A stretch of 64,000 bases of DNA from Alphaproteobacteria bacterium (GTDB lineage Bacteria > Pseudomonadota > Alphaproteobacteria > Bin95), in NCBI GenBank assembly GCA_965205265.1, contig CBDBGH010000003.1:2560001-2624000 (forward strand), in the 5' to 3' direction. Made by a program: the position numbers and the translations under genes. This document shows, one piece after another, positions 8,264 through 18,351 of this stretch; the stretch's first letter is position 1; each line of letters starts with the position of its first letter. The notes under the pieces were generated by a model. That model was given only the letters and a program-made list of their open reading frames with translations. It did no database searches and was not told where the DNA came from.

Positions 8264-11167
8264 TCACGGCGAAGCCTTTCCCCAGTCCCTCTCGTCCGCG
8301 GGCGGCGGCTCCGCCGCGCCGTCCGGCGCCGTGTTCTTCGCACTGCCGAACAGCTGCCCGGCGAGCCAGCCGCCGATGAAGGGCAGGTTCTCCGTCGCCT
8401 GTTGCTCGAACGGCTTGCTCCTCTCGGCGGCGACGCCGGCGCGGCCCTCCGCGGCCTCCTCCCGCGTCACGGTCTGCCGCGCCTCCCGGGCCGTGCCCGT
8501 CATGGTCATCTCGGTCTTCGTCTCGACCCGTTCCTCCATCGCCCCGGTCTCGACCGCGCCCGGGCGTGGCGCGCCCGACGCAGCCGCCCGGTCCCGCACG
8601 CCCGCCGACCAGCCGCCATACGCGGCCGCCGTCTCTCTTCCGTACGCATCGCGCAGCTCGCCCGTGGCGGCCTCGTACTCAGCCGCGCCGCCGACCGAAG
8701 CCGGGTCCGGCCCGGCGGGGGCCGGGAACTTCTCCGCGATGAAGGCGGCGGCGTGCTCCCGGAGCTGCTCGGCGCCCTCCGGGGTCTGGGGCGAGGCGAT
8801 GCGCATGGCCCCGGCGGCGCCGATGGCGCGCCCGTCCGCGCCCGGCCGCTCCGAGAGCCAGGCGAAGAAGGGCTGGCCGAGCTCGCGCTCGATGGCCTGG
8901 GCGTCGGAGCGCACCTGCGCGGCCTGCTCCGACCAGCTCTCGGATTCCTGGCGCGCCAGCGAGGCCCGCTCCTGGAACGTCCGCATGCGCGTCAGGTTGG
9001 CCGAGAGGCTCTCGTCGAGCCCCGCCATTTCGCTCATCCCCGTCCGGGTCGAGTAGCGGCGCGAGGCCTCGGCCACTTGGGACCAGGTCTCGGTCACGCC
9101 ATGCTGGCGGTCGTATTCCCTGATCCGGTTCCAGGCGTCGGACTCGATGGTCTGGCCGCGCCACATGGCGGCGCCGTCGGCGCCGATCTTGACGATCGCG
9201 TTCCAGCCGCCGCCCACCTTCGCCTCGGCGGTGAGGTTCATCGCCTGGTTCCTGGTCAGCCCGCCGATCTCGGCCAGTTTCTCGACATGGGAGTCGAGCT
9301 GCTGCGCCTGGCTCGACTCGCTCTCGGTGACGCCGCGCGCATAGGCTTCGCCCGTGCTGACGTCGTGGCTGTAGCGCTCGATCATCGCGGTCGCGTCGGT
9401 GACGGCGGCATTGCGCGCCATGCCGGCCTCCGCCGACCAGTGGCGCGAGAGGCCTCGGGCCTCCGCTGCGCGCTGTTCGTGCGAAGTCGCGAGGGATTCG
9501 GACAGCCGCACCCCGGCGGCGGGGATGCGGCTGGTGGCGGCGCCCATGTCGGCGATGGGCGTGCCTTCGCCGGCGACGGTGAACGCCGCGCCCGCCGGCG
9601 CGTAGCCGGTGTAGCGGTCGGTGTCGACGTGCATGGAGGTGCGGATCTGCCGGCCCTCCAGGGTCCCGAAGCGGTGGGTGTCGTAGCCGGTGTTGGCGAG
9701 GCTGAGGTTGCCGGTCGTGCCCTCGTGCGCGGCCGAGCTTGCCGCGTCCTGGCCGACCGCAAGCACGGACGTGGCCAGCACGGTCGCCTTCGACAGGCCG
9801 TAGGCGAGCGCGGCGGCGAGGAACGGCACCGACATCGAGAGGTAGCCCGACATCACCGCGACGTCCGACGCCACCGCCCTTATGCCGGCCTGCGCCACCA
9901 GCGAGATGCCGAAGTCGCCCCCCGGCATCGCCGCCGCCGCGGTCATGCGCTCGGCCGCCTCGCCCATCGAGATGCGGTGCAGGATGGCGTAGAGCGGCCC
10001 CCAGGACTGGAGCCAGATCAGTCCCGTCACGTAGGAGCGGAAGATCGGCAGCCCCGCCGGGGTCAGCATCAGCAGCACCGCCAGCGGGAAGGCGCCGACA
10101 TAGAGGCACTCGAAGACGATCCTCAAGAGCGGCACCCAGGTCTCGGCCTGCCGCCCGATCGCCCGGTAGGCCGAGACGGTCTGGGCTTCCGCCCTTGCTT
10201 CCGTATAGGCCCGCAAGGCGGCCGCGTTGCCGGCCTCGGCCGCCCACTGCTCGCCGGCGGCATGCAGCGCGTTCAGCACCATCTGCTGGCGCATGATTTC
10301 CGCCGCCGTGCGGGCGGCGCCGATCAGGAAGGTGTGCGCGGCCGGCAGGGCGGCGGTGAGCTCGGCCCGGGCCACCGCGTCGGTGGCGGAGTCGGGGAAC
10401 AGGCGCATGCCGAAGATGTCGCCGGCGCGCGTGAGCTCACCCGTCCACGCCGCATCCAGCCGCCCGGCCCCGTCGGCGCAGGTGACGATCTCGCGGGTGA
10501 CGGAGGTCGCCCCGGTGCCGGTGGTGGTTGCCCGCGCCGAGAACTCGAACATGCGCGCGGGCGAGGCCCCGGCCGACGGCGTGCCCACCGCGGTCACCAG
10601 GCGCCACACGTCGACCGACTCGCGCAGGTCGTCCGCCGTGATGTGGCCGAGCAGCAGCGCGTGGAAGACGCACTGGCGGGCGTAATTGCGCAGGTTGCGC
10701 GCGAACACCGCGTCCGTGACCTCCAGCCGTGTCGCGGCCGCGGCGAGCCTCGCCCCGAAGATCAGGCCGTGGCGCTGGTAGCGCAGGTCGTCCGGCAGGG
10801 TGAAGGCCTGTTCGGTGAGCCGGGTCAGCCCGTCGCCCACCTGGGAGGTGAGAGAGGCAAAGAGCGCCAGCCCGATGGGGACGTTCGCCACCACGGCCGG
10901 AGCCAGCGTGGGATCGAGCCGGTCGACCACCCGGACCGTCGCCCGGGGCACGATCATCGCGCCCCAGACGGCGACGAAGAGCAGCACCCACTTCGCGTTG
11001 TCCTTCCACGACCCTCCGAAGGCGGTGCGGAACAGCACCCAGGCGAGCCCCGCCACGCCCGCGAGCTGGGCGAGCGTCACATAGGCGCCGCCGCCGGTGA
11101 TCGCGGCGACGGCGTTCAGCAGATCGACCAGGTAGGCGCCGCCGCCTAGGGTGAAGAGCTCGAACAC
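8264..11167 (-). CDS. traG: F-type mating pair stabilisation protein TraG
   Basis: N-terminus ELFTLGGG..LVDLLNAVAA, VVANVPIGLA, WLQSWGPLYAIL; 967 aa; follows traH. Confidence 0.95.
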   Translation of the reverse strand: MFELFTLGGGAYLVDLLNAVAAITGGGAYVTLAQLAGVAGLAWVLFRTAFGGSWKDNAKWVLLFVAVWGAMIVPRATVRVVDRLDPTLAPAVVANVPIGLALFASLTSQVGDGLTRLTEQAFTLPDDLRYQRHGLIFGARLAAAATRLEVTDAVFARNLRNYARQCVFHALLLGHITADDLRESVDVWRLVTAVGTPSAGASPARMFEFSARATTTGTGATSVTREIVTCADGAGRLDAAWTGELTRAGDIFGMRLFPDSATDAVARAELTAALPAAHTFLIGAARTAAEIMRQQMVLNALHAAGEQWAAEAGNAAALRAYTEARAEAQTVSAYRAIGRQAETWVPLLRIVFECLYVGAFPLAVLLMLTPAGLPIFRSYVTGLIWLQSWGPLYAILHRISMGEAAERMTAAAAMPGGDFGISLVAQAGIRAVASDVAVMSGYLSMSVPFLAAALAYGLSKATVLATSVLAVGQDAASSAAHEGTTGNLSLANTGYDTHRFGTLEGRQIRTSMHVDTDRYTGYAPAGAAFTVAGEGTPIADMGAATSRIPAAGVRLSESLATSHEQRAAEARGLSRHWSAEAGMARNAAVTDATAMIERYSHDVSTGEAYARGVTESESSQAQQLDSHVEKLAEIGGLTRNQAMNLTAEAKVGGGWNAIVKIGADGAAMWRGQTIESDAWNRIREYDRQHGVTETWSQVAEASRRYSTRTGMSEMAGLDESLSANLTRMRTFQERASLARQESESWSEQAAQVRSDAQAIERELGQPFFAWLSERPGADGRAIGAAGAMRIASPQTPEGAEQLREHAAAFIAEKFPAPAGPDPASVGGAAEYEAATGELRDAYGRETAAAYGGWSAGVRDRAAASGAPRPGAVETGAMEERVETKTEMTMTGTAREARQTVTREEAAEGRAGVAAERSKPFEQQATENLPFIGGWLAGQLFGSAKNTAPDGAAEPPPADERDWGKASP

Positions 11168-11173
11168 AGGGCT

Positions 11174-12748
11174 TTACTGTGCGCCCGCCGCGCCGGCGCC
11201 GCCGCGCGAGAAGGCCAATGCGGCACGAAGATCGGCGCTGAGCGCGCCCGCGAGCTCGGTCTCGATCAGGCGCAGCTTCTCGACCACGGCGAGCGCCGTG
11301 TTGAGGCGCTGGAGGCCCTGGTGGCGGTGACGCGCGAGCGCGATGCGGTTCGCCCTCAGCCCCTCGCGCCATCTTTGGAGCTGCTCCCCGTCGGCGATGT
11401 CCAGCGTGCCGGCGCGCTCCTCCACCGTGCGGTGGAGGTCCGTGATCCAGACCTGCATCACGTCGAGCGCCACCGCCTCGGCGAGCGCGTCCATCTCCTG
11501 GTCGATCACCGCGCCCCGGTAGGCGGCGGCCGCGTTGGCGACCCGGTAGACCGGCAATGTCGTGAGGTTGACCAGTCCCAGCGCCGCTGCGGGCGGCGCG
11601 GTATCTGTCCTGACCGCGTCGACCAGATCGCGCAGCAGCCCGGCGACCCGCGCCCGGAAGCCCCGGTCGGTCGGGATGGTGACGGTGCCGAGCGCGGGGT
11701 TGAGGCAGAGGTCCGCCGTGTCGCAGCGGTAGACCGGAAGGGCGCCGTCGCCCTCCATCAGCGCCGCGACGGTGCGCCGGTCGAGCGCCAGCGGCTCCAG
11801 GATGCGCACGCGGGGTCCCCCGGTGTCGCCGTCGGAGACCGGCGCGGTCACGATCAGCGTACCCGTAATCGCCATGGCGAACTCGGCGAGCTGGGCGTCC
11901 CCCGACAGGAAGGACGACGCCCGGATCGCCTTCCAGGCATAGTTGACGTTGACCGGCACCTGGTCGGCCATGGCCCCCGAAGCCGATGCGAGCGTGGAGT
12001 TGCGCTTGCCGTCGGCGCCGCAGCCGTGCTTCGCCGCAGCGTAGTCCGAGAAAATGCCCTGGGACGTGCCGATGGCGGCGCAGATCGCGGACGAGGCGCG
12101 GTCGTTCTTGGACCACAGCGCGCCGACCAGCGCCTGGGCGGTCTCGCAGGAGTTGAGGTTTTGGGAGTTCACCCACTGCGCCAGCGCCCGGAGCTTGGCC
12201 ATGGTCTCGGCGATCACCGGCGAGATGGTCTCCAGCGCCAGCTCGAAGGCGAAGCCGGCGGCGTTCTGCGCCACCGCGCGGCCGAAGGCGATCAGCTGGT
12301 CGGAGTCGATGAAGGAGAAGGCGCCGGCGAAAGCGTCGATGCCGCCGCAGCCGGCCCGGAAGGAGGGCAGGTTGACGGTGGCGATCTGCTCCGAGCGCAC
12401 CGGCGAGCGCAGATAGAGGTTGCCGAGCGTCCAGTGTCCGGAGGCCTGGCCCTGGAAGGCGGTCGGGCCGGTGGTGTTGACCGCGGCCCCCTGCCAGAAC
12501 GTCTCCATCTCGCCCAGCACGTCGGCGCGGGCCGGCGCCGTCACTATGAGCAGAAGAGCGAACAGCAGCGCCGGGACGAGGGTCCCAGGGGTCCGGCCGG
12601 CCCCGGCGAACGAGATGCCCGCGACGGTCCGCGTGACGGCGATCCCTGTCCGGTGCGCGTCGGCCGCTCTTGCGGTGGCGGCCATCGGTTTCGCGCCTGC
12701 AATCCGGCCGAGACCGATTTCGTGGGGGTACGCGGGCTCAGTAGTCAT
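11174..12748 (-). CDS. traH: Pilus assembly protein TraH
   Basis: PSFRAGCGGIDAFAGAFSFI, NSCETAQ. True start may lie downstream of 12748. Confidence 0.95.
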   Translation of the reverse strand: MTTEPAYPHEIGLGRIAGAKPMAATARAADAHRTGIAVTRTVAGISFAGAGRTPGTLVPALLFALLLIVTAPARADVLGEMETFWQGAAVNTTGPTAFQGQASGHWTLGNLYLRSPVRSEQIATVNLPSFRAGCGGIDAFAGAFSFIDSDQLIAFGRAVAQNAAGFAFELALETISPVIAETMAKLRALAQWVNSQNLNSCETAQALVGALWSKNDRASSAICAAIGTSQGIFSDYAAAKHGCGADGKRNSTLASASGAMADQVPVNVNYAWKAIRASSFLSGDAQLAEFAMAITGTLIVTAPVSDGDTGGPRVRILEPLALDRRTVAALMEGDGALPVYRCDTADLCLNPALGTVTIPTDRGFRARVAGLLRDLVDAVRTDTAPPAAALGLVNLTTLPVYRVANAAAAYRGAVIDQEMDALAEAVALDVMQVWITDLHRTVEERAGTLDIADGEQLQRWREGLRANRIALARHRHQGLQRLNTALAVVEKLRLIETELAGALSADLRAALAFSRGGAGAAGAQ

Positions 12749-13595
12749 GGCCGGACTCCAGGACGGTGAGGGCGTAGATCCGCTCGGCCATCTGGTCCTC
12801 GGCCATGACGCCGAAGCCGACCGGCAGGACCCGTTTCGTGGCGGTGTCGAACAGCACGAGCGCGGGGACGGGGGCGTTGCCGAGCCCGAGCCGGGCGGCG
12901 CGCCCGTTGTCGGCGACCGCCTCGGGCCAGCCCTCCAGCGCCTCGCCGGAGAGCGATACCGCGAGCACGTCGAGGCCGTGGCGCTGCGCGAAGGCGCGCA
13001 GCAGCGGGCCGAACACCCGACAGCCCGCGCAGCCGGCATGGCCGAGATAGATCAGCCCGTAGCGCTCCCCGAGCCGCGCCAGTGCGGCATCGCGGGTCTG
13101 TCGTCTCTCGTCCGACCAGACCTGCTTGGCGAGCGCGCCCACCGGGCGGCGCAGCGTGTAGTCGAGCTCCGGCGTCGCCCAGACCGTGCGCCGGAAGGCG
13201 TCGGAGAACGCCGCCGCCCGTTGCAGCGTCTCCTGCTGGAGGCGCAGATAGGCGGTGACGTTCTCCGTGGTGGGGTCGAGGATCGCCTCGGCCCGGGCCT
13301 CTTCCAGCGCCTTGCGCAGTTCAAGAATGCGTCGGGTCGCGCTTCCCGCTTCGGGAGCCGCGGGCGGCGGCGGAACGGGCTCGACCGCATTGTCCTCCGG
13401 CTCCTCCCGGTCGCAGTAGAAGTGCCACCCGAGCGAAGGACCGTATTCCGCCGCTTGCCCCGGACCCGATCCGGGGCACCAGGACCGCCATTCCCCGCCC
13501 GCCGCGGACGCGCCGAGCGCCGCCCAGACGCCGATCGCGGCAAGGACTCGTCCCACCGTGCGCCGGACGGCATGTTTCGCGGCGCGCGCCATCAT
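12738..13595 (-). CDS. traF: TraF thioredoxin-like pilus assembly protein
   Basis: GWHFYCD, AILDPTTENVTAY, CAGC motif, VPALVL; between traN and traH. Confidence 0.93.
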   Translation of the reverse strand: MMARAAKHAVRRTVGRVLAAIGVWAALGASAAGGEWRSWCPGSGPGQAAEYGPSLGWHFYCDREEPEDNAVEPVPPPPAAPEAGSATRRILELRKALEEARAEAILDPTTENVTAYLRLQQETLQRAAAFSDAFRRTVWATPELDYTLRRPVGALAKQVWSDERRQTRDAALARLGERYGLIYLGHAGCAGCRVFGPLLRAFAQRHGLDVLAVSLSGEALEGWPEAVADNGRAARLGLGNAPVPALVLFDTATKRVLPVGFGVMAEDQMAERIYALTVLESGHDY

Positions 13596-14764
13596 TGGCC
13601 CCGCCGGTAGAAGTCGCGGATGCGGGTGCGCATCGCCTCGCCGGTGTCGCCGGCGTCGGGCAGCGACACCGACGGCTCCCGCGATCCATCCATCACGTCC
13701 TGGGTGAACTCGGACAAGTCGAGGCGGGCGAAGTCGATGCCCTCGATCTCCGCGATGGTGAGGCCGCGGCAGCTCGACCAGCCGATGCCGAGCTGGCGGC
13801 GGCCCTGCTGCTGCAGGATGCGGCCGAGCTTGGAGCCGAACACGCACCAGGCCCGCGAGCGGCGGATGCAGGCGCCGAAGAAGGTGCGCTTCGAGCAGTA
13901 GCGGCCGAGATAGTGCGTGTTGCCGGCGTGGCGCTCTTCCGCCAGCTCGCGCTCGGAGGCCGAGCAGTTGCCGAGCCCGATCAGCAGCCCGCTGTTCTTG
14001 CAGCAGTTGGCGAGCCCGAACAGCTTGATGTGGCAGGCCCGGCGCTGGCCGGTGAAGAAGCGCATGTCGTCGCGGTCGAACTCCTCGCCGCCGAGCTCCA
14101 GCGCCATGTTGAGCCGCGTCGTCGCGTTCACGAAGCCGGTGTTCGACTGCGGCGAGACCGTCTCGCAGCCGGCGCCGACGCAATACCGCACCGACCCGCA
14201 GGACCCGCCGTCCTCCGCGTCCTGAAGATCCGCGCGGCAGTCCGCCGTGCTGCCGGAGGCGAGCCCGTCCGCGCGGTGTGCCGCCGATTGCGGCGACGCC
14301 GCGATAGTCTCCGAGCGCTGCACCAGCGGATCGTCCGCCGGCACGCTCGCCGAGGGACGGCTCGTGGTGCCCCGGATCACCGCGCGCCCCGCGACGCCGC
14401 CCGGATCGTCCGGATCGGCCAGCCGCGCGCGCCCCTCGTCCTGGAGGCTGCCCGCGCCGATGTTCCGTTCCGGCACATCGGTCCCGGCGTAGCCCGGCAC
14501 GTCGGCCGCGTTGGAGGCGTCCCGCGCGATGGTCCGCGCCGCCGCATTGCCCGCGTTGCCGATGTCGCGCGCCACTGCCCGGGGATCTCCTGCCCCGGAC
14601 TCCGACCCGGGGTCGTCCGCCCTGGCCGCCATCCCCGACACCACCCACAGCATCAGGCAGACCAGCGCGAACATCGCGGTCCACGTCAGCAGCCGCATGA
14701 CCCGCGTCCCGCGGTCCAGCGCAATCTCGACGCGATCGCGGAGAAGATCGGATCGTTCCGTCAT
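13592..14764 (-). CDS. traN: TraN (short, 390 aa)
   Basis: Cys-rich C-terminal domain: NCCK, YLGRYCS, CVFGSKLGRILQQQGRRQL, CRGLT, IDFARLDLSEF. Confidence 0.92.
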   Translation of the reverse strand: MTERSDLLRDRVEIALDRGTRVMRLLTWTAMFALVCLMLWVVSGMAARADDPGSESGAGDPRAVARDIGNAGNAAARTIARDASNAADVPGYAGTDVPERNIGAGSLQDEGRARLADPDDPGGVAGRAVIRGTTSRPSASVPADDPLVQRSETIAASPQSAAHRADGLASGSTADCRADLQDAEDGGSCGSVRYCVGAGCETVSPQSNTGFVNATTRLNMALELGGEEFDRDDMRFFTGQRRACHIKLFGLANCCKNSGLLIGLGNCSASERELAEERHAGNTHYLGRYCSKRTFFGACIRRSRAWCVFGSKLGRILQQQGRRQLGIGWSSCRGLTIAEIEGIDFARLDLSEFTQDVMDGSREPSVSLPDAGDTGEAMRTRIRDFYRRGQ

Positions 14765-15498
14765 GGCCGGTCTTCCCCTTCCAGTCGTTGCAGATGCCGG
14801 CGCGCCGCGTCGCGGGCGACGGCGCCCTCTTCGGCGACCGCCTCCAGCGCCGCCGCGAGGCCGATGTTGCCGCTCACCAGGTCATGCGGCGGCGCGGGAT
14901 CGTCGGCGCAGCCCCGGCTCCGGCAGGCCGGCACGCCGCCCGGCGCGACGACCACGGCAGGCACCCGCTCGATGCCGAACAGGCGGAACAGGCGCGGGTC
15001 GATGGCGACCCCGGCCTCCGCCCCGCCGAGGCGGGCGCCGATCCGCTTCGCCGTCGCGGGCAGCCCGCCTTCGCCAACCCCGCGCAGCACCAGGGGCGCG
15101 CCGGTCCGGGCCGCCTCGCGCGCCCACTGCCGCCAGCTCTCGGGCAGCACCGACAGGCTGGTGAAGATCAGGATTTCCGCCGTGCCGGAACGCGGCCCTG
15201 CAAGTTCGCCGGCGCGACGCTCGGCAGGAAGGGGCGCGGGCGATCCCGGTATGGTCTGCCTTGCAGTCTCGCCTGCGCGTTCCAGCGCGCGGTCGAGGAT
15301 CGAGCGCGTCCAGGCGCCGAGCGACTCCTCGTCATCGCCGCCCGCCCTGCGCAGGACCTCCTCGACCAGGCCAGCGGCAGCCGCATCGGTCGTGCCGGCG
15401 GGCGGCAATTCCTCTGCCCGCAGCGTTCCGAACCAGCCCGCCGCCAGCAATGTGCCGGTCAGGAACAGGACTCTCGAGGCTTGTCGGAAACGGCGCAT
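14761..15498 (-). CDS. trbC: F-type pilin assembly protein TrbC
   Basis: IFTSLSV, LVLRG, IDPRLFRLFGIERVPAVV, VSGNI. ATG 15498. Confidence 0.92.
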   Translation of the reverse strand: MRRFRQASRVLFLTGTLLAAGWFGTLRAEELPPAGTTDAAAAGLVEEVLRRAGGDDEESLGAWTRSILDRALERAGETARQTIPGSPAPLPAERRAGELAGPRSGTAEILIFTSLSVLPESWRQWAREAARTGAPLVLRGVGEGGLPATAKRIGARLGGAEAGVAIDPRLFRLFGIERVPAVVVAPGGVPACRSRGCADDPAPPHDLVSGNIGLAAALEAVAEEGAVARDAARRHLQRLEGEDRP

Positions 15499-15542
15499 CG
15501 GGCTATCCTCGGTGTGGAAATTATCATTGTGTTTCAATGGGT

Positions 15543-16544
15543 TCAGAGCAAACAACAGTTCCGTTTGCGCCACAGCAGGTAGCCGAAGTTCTCGCCCGCG
15601 ACCGGCAATTCGCGCAGGGATTCCCAGAGCACCGAGGACCGCCCCGTGGGGTTGCAGCCGGTAAACGGATCGACGGCCGGCACCGGCTGGGTCATCTGCC
15701 AGCGGTACTGCGACTTCTTCATCACCGGCATCGGATAGCGTCCGCAGAGCGCGCCCGAGCCCATCGTCCCCCAGGCGACCCCGGCCCGGTGCAGCCGGTA
15801 GAGCAAGCGCTGGGAGGCGAGCAGCGAGGCCTGCACCCCGCCGACATGGGCGGCGACGTTGCCGGTGAGCGGATACATCCCGCCCTGGCAGCCCGCGCAC
15901 CAGAACATGGGATCGAGCGGCAGGCCGGCCGAGGAAGCAGCGCAATCGGCGGCGCAGGCCGCCTGGGCAGGGAGGTTGGCGAACAGCGCCGCCTCCGGGT
16001 TGAGCAGGAAGGTCAGCTCGTCGTCGAGCCAGGCCGGGTCGAGCTCCGAGGCCCAGGCGATGTCGAGCCCGCCGCCCTCCAGGCAGCCGAGATCGAGCAG
16101 GACGCCGATCCAGCTCAGGAGCGGATACATGTAGTAGTGGGCATGCCAGACCGAGCCCTTGGCGCCGTCGCCGCCCGCCGCGCCGGTGCGCCCGCGCCCT
16201 GCGGGAAGGCCCGGATCGATGGTGAGGCCGCCGAGGTTGGGGAAGCACCAGGGCGCCCGCGTCGCGTCGACCAGCCGGGCCGGCTCCCAGACCCCGAGCG
16301 AGAGGCCGATGCGGGGGATCGGCGAGCCGCAGAGGCAGATCGGCGAGGACGGGTTCGGCGTGTCGAGCACGCCGGAGACGCTGCCGATCGTGATCGGCCC
16401 GATCGAGATCGGGAACAGGCACTCCCAGCAGACGTCCGAGATCGGGTTGACGAAGCGCCCGGTGCAGGACTGCGCCGAGGCCGGGGCGGCCCACAGCACG
16501 GCCAGCAGCGCCAGCGCGGCCGGAAGGGTTACGTGGCGGATCAT
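15543..16544 (-). CDS. traU: TraU
   Basis: CTGRFVNPISDVCWECLFPISIG, WEPARL, FWCAGCQG, WRKRNCC. Confidence 0.96.
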   Translation of the reverse strand: MIRHVTLPAALALLAVLWAAPASAQSCTGRFVNPISDVCWECLFPISIGPITIGSVSGVLDTPNPSSPICLCGSPIPRIGLSLGVWEPARLVDATRAPWCFPNLGGLTIDPGLPAGRGRTGAAGGDGAKGSVWHAHYYMYPLLSWIGVLLDLGCLEGGGLDIAWASELDPAWLDDELTFLLNPEAALFANLPAQAACAADCAASSAGLPLDPMFWCAGCQGGMYPLTGNVAAHVGGVQASLLASQRLLYRLHRAGVAWGTMGSGALCGRYPMPVMKKSQYRWQMTQPVPAVDPFTGCNPTGRSSVLWESLRELPVAGENFGYLLWRKRNCCLL

Positions 16545-16969
16545 GCCGGCGATTCCGGCGCGCCGCCGCCCGCCTCGGCGTCCGGCGTTTCTTCCGCCTG
16601 GCCCGGACCGCGATCCGGGCTCGCCCGGCGTCCACCCAAGATATTGACCATGCCGTGCCGGCCCGAGACGACGATCTCGGTGACCGCCCTTTCCTTCCCT
16701 TCCCGGTCGGTGAAGCCGCGCGTCGCGATCCGGCCCTCGACCATCACCCGGTCGCCCTTGCGCAGCATCTTTTCGACCGCCGCGACCGTGGGACCGTAGA
16801 CGACGATGCGATGCCATTCGGTCGCCTCGGCCGGGCGGCCGTCCCCGTCCGTCCACTTCTCGGTGGTGGCGAGCGTGAACACCGCCGCCTTGCCGCCGTT
16901 CTTCAGGTCCCGGATCTCGGGATCGCGCCCGGCATGGCCGAGCAGGGTGGCGCGGTTCATGTTCAGCAT
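16541..16969 (-). CDS. ssb: Single-stranded DNA-binding protein
   Basis: NRATLLGHAGRDPEIR, LATTEKW, TEWHRIV, KGDRVMVEGRI OB-fold. Confidence 0.95.
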   Translation of the reverse strand: MLNMNRATLLGHAGRDPEIRDLKNGGKAAVFTLATTEKWTDGDGRPAEATEWHRIVVYGPTVAAVEKMLRKGDRVMVEGRIATRGFTDREGKERAVTEIVVSGRHGMVNILGGRRASPDRGPGQAEETPDAEAGGGAPESPA

Positions 16970-16972
16970 CGT

Positions 16973-17764
16973 TCAGTCCTCCTCTTCGGGGCTTGTCCGC
17001 CCGGCTCCGGGGGAGCCTGCCCCGGCCTCCGAGCCGGGTGGCCAGGCTCCCACCGATCCGGGACCATTCCCCGGATCGGTGTCCCCCGGATCGGTGTCCG
17101 GGGCAGGCGGGGCAGGCCGGTCCTCGACCGGAATCTCCGTAATCCGCAGCCGCGATCCCGTCTGTTCGACCAGACTCGGCGTGAACCCGAGGCCGAAGCG
17201 CGCGGCGAGGCGCCCGCCCTGGTCGAAGAAGAAGGGCCGGCGGTGCCGCCGCATCAGGTCGAGCGGCCGCCCGGCGAGCAGCACGATCTTCGCAGGACGC
17301 CCGCTTTCCTCTTCCCGGGCGAGCGCCCAGGCGATCTCCGCCGCGCGCCGGCCGTCGACGAACAGCAGGTCGCGGGCGAGCGTGGTGCGCTCCAGCGGGT
17401 TGACCCGCGTGCCGGCAGCGGCGATGAGCGCGCCGTCGGCCGTCCGGATATCCCGCGCGACCGTGATGGCCGGATCGAACAGGCGGCTGCGTTCTTCCCT
17501 CGCCGGCGCGATGCCGGCCACCGGGTCCGGTTCTTCCAGCTTCCTCCGGGCATTGGCGCGGGCCTCTCGTTCCAGCCGCGCCAGCTCGCCGGAGCGTTCC
17601 ATTTCGAGAAGGCGCGCCTCGATCTGCGCCAGCAGGTCGGGCTCGGCGACCGGCCAGGTCGCGCCGCGCACACCCAGGTCTTCCGCCGAGACCGGAAGCG
17701 GAGTTGCGGACGCCATCACCGCGCCGAGCGTCGTGGCGAGCAGCAAGGCAGCAGCGCGCTTCAT
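16973..17764 (-). CDS. traW: TraW
   Basis: DLGVRGATWPVAEPDLL, FDPAIT, GTRVNPL, FFDQGGRL. Confidence 0.95.
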   Translation of the reverse strand: MKRAAALLLATTLGAVMASATPLPVSAEDLGVRGATWPVAEPDLLAQIEARLLEMERSGELARLEREARANARRKLEEPDPVAGIAPAREERSRLFDPAITVARDIRTADGALIAAAGTRVNPLERTTLARDLLFVDGRRAAEIAWALAREEESGRPAKIVLLAGRPLDLMRRHRRPFFFDQGGRLAARFGLGFTPSLVEQTGSRLRITEIPVEDRPAPPAPDTDPGDTDPGNGPGSVGAWPPGSEAGAGSPGAGRTSPEEED

Positions 17765-18351
17765 GGTCTTGCCTCCGGCCCCTTGTCGTCGCCGGTGTCT
17801 TCCGGCCCGACCAACGGTCCGTTCAGTCCCAGCCAGGGAATGTCCGGCATGGCGACGGCGCGTCCGAGGATGCGGTCGCGCGGCACCAGCCCGATCTCGG
17901 CGTAGCGGCTGTCATGGCTGTCCGTGTGGTCGCCGTGCAGGTAGAAGTGTCCCGGCGGGACGATCCCGGGCGCGATCGCCGCGAGCGGCCGCCCGTCGAG
18001 CGCATGGGTCTTGGCCCGGCCCACCGGCTCGCCGTCCAGAAACACCGTTCCGTCCGTCCCGACCGCGACCGCCATGCCCGGCACGCCGCGCACTGTCTTC
18101 AGGTAGGGAACCCGGGAACCGACGGCCTCCGGCGGCTCGAACAGCACGCGGTCGCCGGGCTTCGGGTCCTCGCCGAACAGAGGGAAGGCGGCATAGCCCC
18201 AGGACCCGTCCGACCAGGAGGCGTTGACATGCACGCGCGACGCCGCGCCCAGCCAGACGGCCGCCAGCACGACCATGACGGCGAGGCCGATATGCCGGCC
18301 ACGGCGCGAACGGCCTGCCCTCGGTGAGAGTTGCAGCCCCCGCGCGCTCAT
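17761..18351 (-). CDS. trhF: S26 conjugative signal peptidase (TrhF-like, pilin maturation)
   Basis: VNASWS (Ser), YLKTVRGVPG (Lys), SHDSRY...GLV. Confidence 0.85.
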   Translation of the reverse strand: MSARGLQLSPRAGRSRRGRHIGLAVMVVLAAVWLGAASRVHVNASWSDGSWGYAAFPLFGEDPKPGDRVLFEPPEAVGSRVPYLKTVRGVPGMAVAVGTDGTVFLDGEPVGRAKTHALDGRPLAAIAPGIVPPGHFYLHGDHTDSHDSRYAEIGLVPRDRILGRAVAMPDIPWLGLNGPLVGPEDTGDDKGPEARP

